Positions 19,985 through 24,138 of a DNA stretch of 24,138 nt are shown here, in pieces. The notes under the pieces were generated by a model. The model saw nothing but the letters and a program-made list of their open reading frames with translations, was not told the DNA's origin and did not search any database. The stretch covers positions 1 through 24,138 of IMG/VR virus record IMGVR_UViG_3300018412_000050, one strand, 5' to 3'. A program made the translations under genes and the position numbers. Numbering within the stretch: the stretch's first letter is position 1; each line of letters opens with the position of its first letter. This stretch comes from a virus (lineage: Duplodnaviria > Caudoviricetes).

Positions 19985-20879
19985 ATAAAGAATCTACATC
20001 TGGAGTAAACTTAACATCATCTTCCTGTTTCATATACTCTCCTATATCTCTGGCCATCTTCCTTGCTGCAGGAGACTGCATGATACCTTCCTTGGTAAAT
20101 GGTTGCTTGTCTACCTTGACGGCATTTTGTAAGTAAGCAGATATGTTCTCAGGCGTGAGAAGTCTTCTGTCCACCTTCTTAGTTTTACCGTCGCGCTCGT
20201 AAACAGTGATTATATCCTTTTTAGCTTCGGCCTTTTCCTTACCTACTTTATAAATTAAGTTATGGTGCCGTTTACTCTCTGATAAATTAGCCCATCCTAA
20301 TTCATTGGAGTTCTTAGTGGCTGATAATCTCTCTCTATCGTATGCAGACTTTCTTTCTAGATCAGCAGCTCTAAGAGCGTTCATTATCGCATTCTGATCA
20401 ACCGTTGCATTTAGCTTTTCCTTTGATAGCGATAAATTGTCCTTATATCTATCATCCTCTACACGATCTCGGCTAGATCGATAATCCCACTGTCTTTCGT
20501 TATTGCTAATCTGGTAATCTCTATCCATAGCATTCATGAGACCCGCATTGTAAGCAGCCTCCTGTTTACTTCTAAGGTCCTTTAGATAGTTATACCTAGC
20601 CATATTCTTTTCGGATAACTTAGGCTGCTCTACACTAGGAGCTCCCTTAGTTGTAAAGTACAGATTCGATAAAGCAGATAAGCCGTCACCTATGGCGCTT
20701 ACTATTGCCCTATTGCGTTCCCTCTTTGGATCAATCTCTACATCCGGCTTACGTGTCAATTGAGTGTAGATATCCGTCATGCTCTTAGGCTTAATCTCAA
20801 GGCTAGGAGCAGGTGCCGGAGTAGACGCGATAACGGGTTTCGCAGGGGCTACTTTTGTTATATCATCTAGCGTACTCAT
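19977..20879 (-). CDS. Putative DNA ejection/internal virion protein
   Basis: 300 aa with an amphipathic AIGDGLSALSNL segment and coiled-coil; lies between the pilot-like gene and the giant protein. Confidence 0.55.
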   Translation of the reverse strand: MSTLDDITKVAPAKPVIASTPAPAPSLEIKPKSMTDIYTQLTRKPDVEIDPKRERNRAIVSAIGDGLSALSNLYFTTKGAPSVEQPKLSEKNMARYNYLKDLRSKQEAAYNAGLMNAMDRDYQISNNERQWDYRSSRDRVEDDRYKDNLSLSKEKLNATVDQNAIMNALRAADLERKSAYDRERLSATKNSNELGWANLSESKRHHNLIYKVGKEKAEAKKDIITVYERDGKTKKVDRRLLTPENISAYLQNAVKVDKQPFTKEGIMQSPAARKMARDIGEYMKQEDDVKFTPDVDSLFD

Positions 20880-21394
20880 TTCTTAGGCATTGAGGAGATT
20901 AAATCTAAATTAGACGCCATCCCACCGGCAGCACTTGCGATACCACCAATAGCTTGAGATATAGCAGCGGTTTTTTGAGCTTGAACCTGCTGTTGTTGAT
21001 TGCTAAGGTCCTGATCCCTTTGCAGGTATTGAGACTCCACCGCGTCTTTACGTGCTTCACCCTGTGCGGCTATGTTTGATGTTGTAGCTGCAAGGGCATT
21101 ATTCTGAGCTTCTTTTTCTGCGGCAGCAGCTTCTTCCCCCGTTCCCATAACGGCAGCCGTTCCGGCAGAACGTTGACTGCGCTCTTGCATAACTTCACGC
21201 ATGCGATTAAGAGCAGACTGTGCATCCGCTCTCTGTGTACTGTCCTCGTTATAACGACGATTGTACCACGCTTCGTTTTTCTTTTTCTCGTCAGCAAGGA
21301 TTCTAGCCTGTTTGCGTGCTGCTTTGCTTGCCGCTATTCCTCCAAATACTGAACCTGCGACTCCAAGTCCGGCTCCAATTATACTACCTAACAT
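20876..21394 (-). CDS. Putative DNA ejection/pilot protein
   Basis: Gly/Ala-rich hydrophobic N- and C-termini (MLGSIIGAGLGVAGSVFGG) flank a Gln/Ala coiled-coil, as in P22 gp7-like ejection proteins. Confidence 0.65.
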   Translation of the reverse strand: MLGSIIGAGLGVAGSVFGGIAASKAARKQARILADEKKKNEAWYNRRYNEDSTQRADAQSALNRMREVMQERSQRSAGTAAVMGTGEEAAAAEKEAQNNALAATTSNIAAQGEARKDAVESQYLQRDQDLSNQQQQVQAQKTAAISQAIGGIASAAGGMASNLDLISSMPKK

Positions 21395-21404
21395 AAGCTT
21401 TGAA

Positions 21405-21447
21405 TTAATATATATACTAATGCCTCAAATGTAAATGATTTACTTTG
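21405..21447 (+). promoter_or_regulatory. Putative phage late promoter for the TerS-lysis block
   Basis: TTAATATATA-N23-ATTTACTTTG, in the same register as the minus-strand copies; the -7 box is imperfect. Confidence 0.5.
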
Positions 21448-21468
21448 TCATAGATGTATATGTATTAA
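21426..21468 (-). promoter_or_regulatory. Putative phage late promoter for the ejection-protein/portal block
   Basis: Minus strand TTAATACATA-N23-TTTACATTTG, with boxes and spacing identical to 5760-5802. Confidence 0.7.
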
Positions 21469-21479
21469 TCTATAGAATT

Positions 21480-21755
21480 ATGGAAGAGAAAAGAGAAAAA
21501 ATCGGAGGACGCAAAAAGGGAACTCCGAATAAGTTTACAACAGAAACAAGAAAGTTGTTTACTCACTTAGTAGTTAGGCGCTTTGATAGGTTTGAACAGG
21601 ACCTAGATGCAATTGATGATCCGTATAAACGAGCAAAACTATTTTTAGAATCGTGCAAGTTTGTTATCCCTAGCTTGTCTAGCGTGCAACTTGAAGGAGA
21701 GATGAAAAACACGGTTATAGCAGACCGAATCAGTGACCTACTAAAAGAAGACTAA
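21480..21755 (+). CDS. Putative terminase small subunit-like protein
   Basis: Start is probably ATG 21480; N-terminal GGRKKGTPNK motif and helical body typical of TerS-like phage proteins. Confidence 0.55.
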   Translation: MEEKREKIGGRKKGTPNKFTTETRKLFTHLVVRRFDRFEQDLDAIDDPYKRAKLFLESCKFVIPSLSSVQLEGEMKNTVIADRISDLLKED

Positions 21756-22015
21756 TGAAGAGAGAAAACATTATCGGTTGGGCACTGACAATTGTCATTT
21801 CAATAGCCGGAGCATGGTACACTATTGACGCACGTGTTTACAGCGTTGAGAAAAAAATCGAGTTGCTGCAGATGCAGATTGACAACTGCAACAAAGTGCT
21901 AGATAAGCAACAGGAAGATATGGAGGTCGTAAAAGACCTATTTAATCGGATTGACAAGAATATTGTCGAGATACGAGGAATTTTAAACACTAAAGCAGAT
22001 AAGAAATACAAATGA
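21755..22015 (+). CDS. Single-TM coiled-coil membrane protein (holin/antiholin-like)
   Basis: N-terminal TM IIGWALTIVISIAGAWY followed by a coiled-coil; located in the lysis cassette. Confidence 0.55.
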   Translation: MKRENIIGWALTIVISIAGAWYTIDARVYSVEKKIELLQMQIDNCNKVLDKQQEDMEVVKDLFNRIDKNIVEIRGILNTKADKKYK

Positions 22016-22257
22016 AAAAAATCATTCTATTTATCAAAGACTTACCTCGGCAGTGGAAAGCTGAAACTCCGAGAATAGCAAAGTGGATCAGGAACATATC
22101 AGCCGTAATCGCAACCGCGGTGCCGGGTGCGTGGCTGACCTTTCAAGGAATGGGGATTACTCTCCCCGACTGGTTTGTTAACCATGTGGGCTACATAACT
22201 CTAGCATCATTAATAATCACCGCAATAGCGGGAACTAAAGAAAAGAAGAATGGCTAA
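22012..22257 (+). CDS. Putative holin
   Basis: 81 aa with two hydrophobic segments and a charged C-terminus; overlaps the endolysin start. Confidence 0.65.
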   Translation: MKKIILFIKDLPRQWKAETPRIAKWIRNISAVIATAVPGAWLTFQGMGITLPDWFVNHVGYITLASLIITAIAGTKEKKNG

Positions 22258-22822
22258 GATTGAATTACTGGTACCTCATATCCTAATATGGGAAGCCGGA
22301 ATTGTCGGCAAGGGTACAAACGAACAACTTTTTGAAAAAGCTCGAAAAACAGGGTTTTCGGATGATCCTGACGATGTAGGAGGCGCAACGATGATAGGAG
22401 TTACAATCTCTACTTTTGAGACCTACTGCAAGAGAAAGGGATATCCTAAGCCTACAGTCGAGAGGCTAAAGAATATCCCTTACGATCAATGGCTTGACAT
22501 CATGAAATCTATGTACTGGGATAAATGGCAAGCCGATAAGATTGTTAATCAGTCAATCGCTAATGTGTTGGTAGATTGGGTTTGGGCATCAGGAATGTAC
22601 GGAATCAAAATTCCGCAGAGACTGCTTAAACTGCAAGATGATGGTATAGTAGGGCCTAAAACATTAAGCGCTGTCAACTCCTTTAATCAGGAAACATTAT
22701 TCAACCTCATTCAGGTTGCACGAAGAGCATACATTGAGGATATAATCAGACGTAGACCGGCGAACGCTAAGTTTAGGACCGGTTGGTTAAACCGAATTAA
22801 TTCATTCGAGTATGAAGGATAG
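22250..22822 (+). CDS. Endolysin, glycoside hydrolase family 108 with C-terminal PG-binding domain
   Basis: WEAG..FSDDPDDVGGATMIGVT, YWDKWQAD, DWVWASG, DGIVGPKTL and FRTGWLNR. Confidence 0.9.
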   Translation: MAKIELLVPHILIWEAGIVGKGTNEQLFEKARKTGFSDDPDDVGGATMIGVTISTFETYCKRKGYPKPTVERLKNIPYDQWLDIMKSMYWDKWQADKIVNQSIANVLVDWVWASGMYGIKIPQRLLKLQDDGIVGPKTLSAVNSFNQETLFNLIQVARRAYIEDIIRRRPANAKFRTGWLNRINSFEYEG

Positions 22823-23327
22823 AATAGGAGTTATAATTTTCTTCGTTACCATAATGTTGGTAATGAGTGTAGTTTGTTCGTGTGGGAGTAGCAAGTCAAG
22901 CCTAAATCATACCGTTACAACCGAACAAAACTCTACTACTCAAAAGAATGACAGTTCTGTTTCCGAAAAAAAGGTAGTCATAGTTGAGAATGAGAACTCA
23001 AACGAGGAAATAAAAGAAGTGACAACGGAGTATGATACAGATAAGCCAATTAATCCCGAGACCGGAAAACATCCCGTTAAAAAGGAAACGGTTAAAACCA
23101 CATCGAAAGGTAATACCTCTATGAAGCGCACCGAGGACGATACAAAGAATATCTCAACTACAGTGGAACAATATACAGTGGATAAGAAAGAGTCCGTTGT
23201 AGTCGAGCAAAACAAGCAAAAAAGCGAAACGAACGTATTCAAGCAAATTAAATGGCTTGTATTGTTATTATCCTTATTAGGTATTGTAGCTATTGTTGGT
23301 TGGCTGATATATAAAAGGAGATTGTAG
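22812..23327 (+). CDS. Unimolecular spanin-like lipoprotein
   Basis: Signal peptide with lipobox VCSC, Thr/Ser/Glu-rich middle, C-terminal TM followed by KRRL; directly after the endolysin. Confidence 0.7.
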   Translation: MKDRIGVIIFFVTIMLVMSVVCSCGSSKSSLNHTVTTEQNSTTQKNDSSVSEKKVVIVENENSNEEIKEVTTEYDTDKPINPETGKHPVKKETVKTTSKGNTSMKRTEDDTKNISTTVEQYTVDKKESVVVEQNKQKSETNVFKQIKWLVLLLSLLGIVAIVGWLIYKRRL

Positions 23328-23364
23328 TCGAGTAGAAGCGACTATGATGGTTGATAAATGTGTG

Positions 23365-23394
23365 CCCCGATTCTTAATTGAGTCGGGGTTTTTT
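23365..23394 (+). terminator. Rho-independent terminator of the lysis block
   Basis: ccccgattc-ttaatt-gagtcgggg stem followed by tttttt. Confidence 0.8.
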
Positions 23395-23401
23395 CTTCGT
23401 A

Positions 23402-23506
23402 TTTATTCCGAAGAAATAGCGGTTTCTTCCGAAGTTATGCTCATTTCTTCCGAAGAAATACATATAACTTCCGAAGAAATGCCCTTTTCTTCTGAAGAAA
23501 TAAGCC
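23402..23506. repeat. 5 x 21-bp tandem repeat with palindromic core TTTCTTCCGAAGAAA
   Basis: tttattccgaagaaatagcgg / tttcttccgaagttatgctca / tttcttccgaagaaatacata / taacttccgaagaaatgccct / tttcttctgaagaaataagcc. Confidence 0.92.
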
Positions 23507-23513
23507 TTTTTGT

Positions 23514-23557
23514 ACAACCAAACCATAACCAAAGTATAACCAAACAATAACCAAAGT
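23514..23557. repeat. 4 x 11-bp tandem repeat ATAACCAAAnn
   Basis: acaaccaaacc / ataaccaaagt / ataaccaaaca / ataaccaaagt. Confidence 0.9.
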
Positions 23558-23616
23558 AGTGCTAACTATGTAAACACGTGGTGTACACGTATGCAGCTCA
23601 TTTACACAAAAATCAG

Positions 23617-23643
23617 TTGTCGTAATTGTCGTAAAAGTCGTAA
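23617..23643. repeat. 3 x 9-bp tandem repeat nnGTCGTAA
   Basis: ttgtcgtaa / ttgtcgtaa / aagtcgtaa. Confidence 0.85.
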
Positions 23644-23741
23644 AATAATCCTTATTTTGACCTTATAGATAAAATCTATCAAGACGAAAAAGCCGATGAA
23701 TAAGCGTTCACAGAACTTTGTCGAAAAAAGTAAGAAAGATT

Positions 23742-23773
23742 TTTGCCCAACTTATTGCATAGAACTAAATTTG
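23742..23773 (+). promoter_or_regulatory. Canonical Bacteroidota sigma-A promoter driving a non-coding leader/RNA
   Basis: TTTG (23742-23745), 20-nt spacer, TAAATTTG (23766-23773); no plausible + strand CDS follows within the window. Confidence 0.65.
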
Positions 23774-23824
23774 TGATACGGTGATACGGAAATGAAGTAG
23801 TTGCTCTATCGTGAGCTCTATATA

Positions 23825-23871
23825 GAAAGGGTCCGAGGTCAGTATCACCACTCGGGCCCTTTCCTTTGTTT
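23825..23871 (+). terminator. 13-bp hairpin, terminator/attenuator-like
   Basis: gaaagggtccgag (23825-23837) / ctcgggccctttc (23851-23863), followed by ctttgttt. Confidence 0.6.
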
Positions 23872-23939
23872 GTCGGAGACATTACGCTTGGCAAAGGAAA
23901 TAAAGCGCAAAAGGGGATGGTACAAGGCGCACATCAGGA

Positions 23940-24111
23940 TGAAAGCAAGATGATGGTATCAGCGTGTTACAGCATGCGAAACTTGCAACTCAATTACACT
24001 GTAATGGCAATTGAGCAGTTATAGCGAAAGCGACCGAACGACAAGTTAGGTAACTGTACTCCACCTCCTTAGGGTGGATTGTACACTAAGCTCTGCTCTC
24101 TCACTCTTAGT
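23940..24111 (+). ncRNA. Candidate structured non-coding RNA or structured leader
   Basis: Consecutive hairpins at 23962-23977, 23989-24015, 24055-24085 and 24085-24111, plus an enclosing aacttg/caagtt pair; no ORF of note. Confidence 0.35.
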
Positions 24112-24138
24112 TAAGTATAGTAGTTAATACATATAAGA

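Noticed and set aside
11455-20008. Numerous short ORFs overlapping the giant gene (also those at 2208, 3048, 6857, 7400, 8732, 9558, 10769, 21070 and 22940)
   Set aside because: Antisense or out-of-frame shadows of well-supported long genes.
23402-23506. CRISPR array
   Set aside because: Period is only 21 bp with ~6-nt variable parts, far too short for spacers; no cas genes in the window.
23344-23550. 68 aa ORF with SSEE repeats
   Set aside because: Runs through a terminator and consists only of translated DNA repeats, with no initiator domain attached; treated as non-coding, though a rep-gene remnant cannot be excluded.
23679-23894. 71 aa minus-strand ORF
   Set aside because: Antisense to a promoter and hairpin region, no recognisable protein features.
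1-24138. Stop-codon recoding, DGR, introns/inteins, tRNAs or integrase/att sites
   Set aside because: Long genes are intact in the standard code, and no RT, TR/VR pair, intein motif, cloverleaf or recombinase was seen. Prophage versus free phage cannot be decided from this window.

Overview
Virion-morphogenesis and lysis region of a Bacteroidota-type, podovirus-like tailed phage or prophage. The host assignment rests on TAnnTTTG promoters and on the tail and lysin motifs. There are four alternately oriented blocks. (-) scaffold, major capsid protein (MCP), small head protein, head-tail adaptor and a >=827 aa tail fibre that runs off the left edge and is missing from the ORF track. (+) putative regulator, rhomboid protease, terminase large subunit and a small basic ORF. 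(-) two ejection/pilot-like proteins, a 3014 aa polyvalent protein (pyrophosphatase, metallopeptidase, ADP-ribosyltransferase and LPD38-like domains) and the portal. (+) TerS-like protein, two holin-like proteins, GH108 endolysin and a u-spanin-like lipoprotein. The last ~750 bp are non-coding, with several unrelated iteron-like repeat families, a canonical promoter and dense RNA hairpins. Main leads: an intact rhomboid in the head-packaging cluster paired with an MCP carrying an N-terminal signal/TM segment; a multi-family iteron-like array; a phage-specific promoter motif TTAATAYATA-N23-(..)TTTG; and repeated DxRFR(D/E) motifs at the domain boundaries of the giant protein. All family calls come from motif recognition by eye, not database searches.
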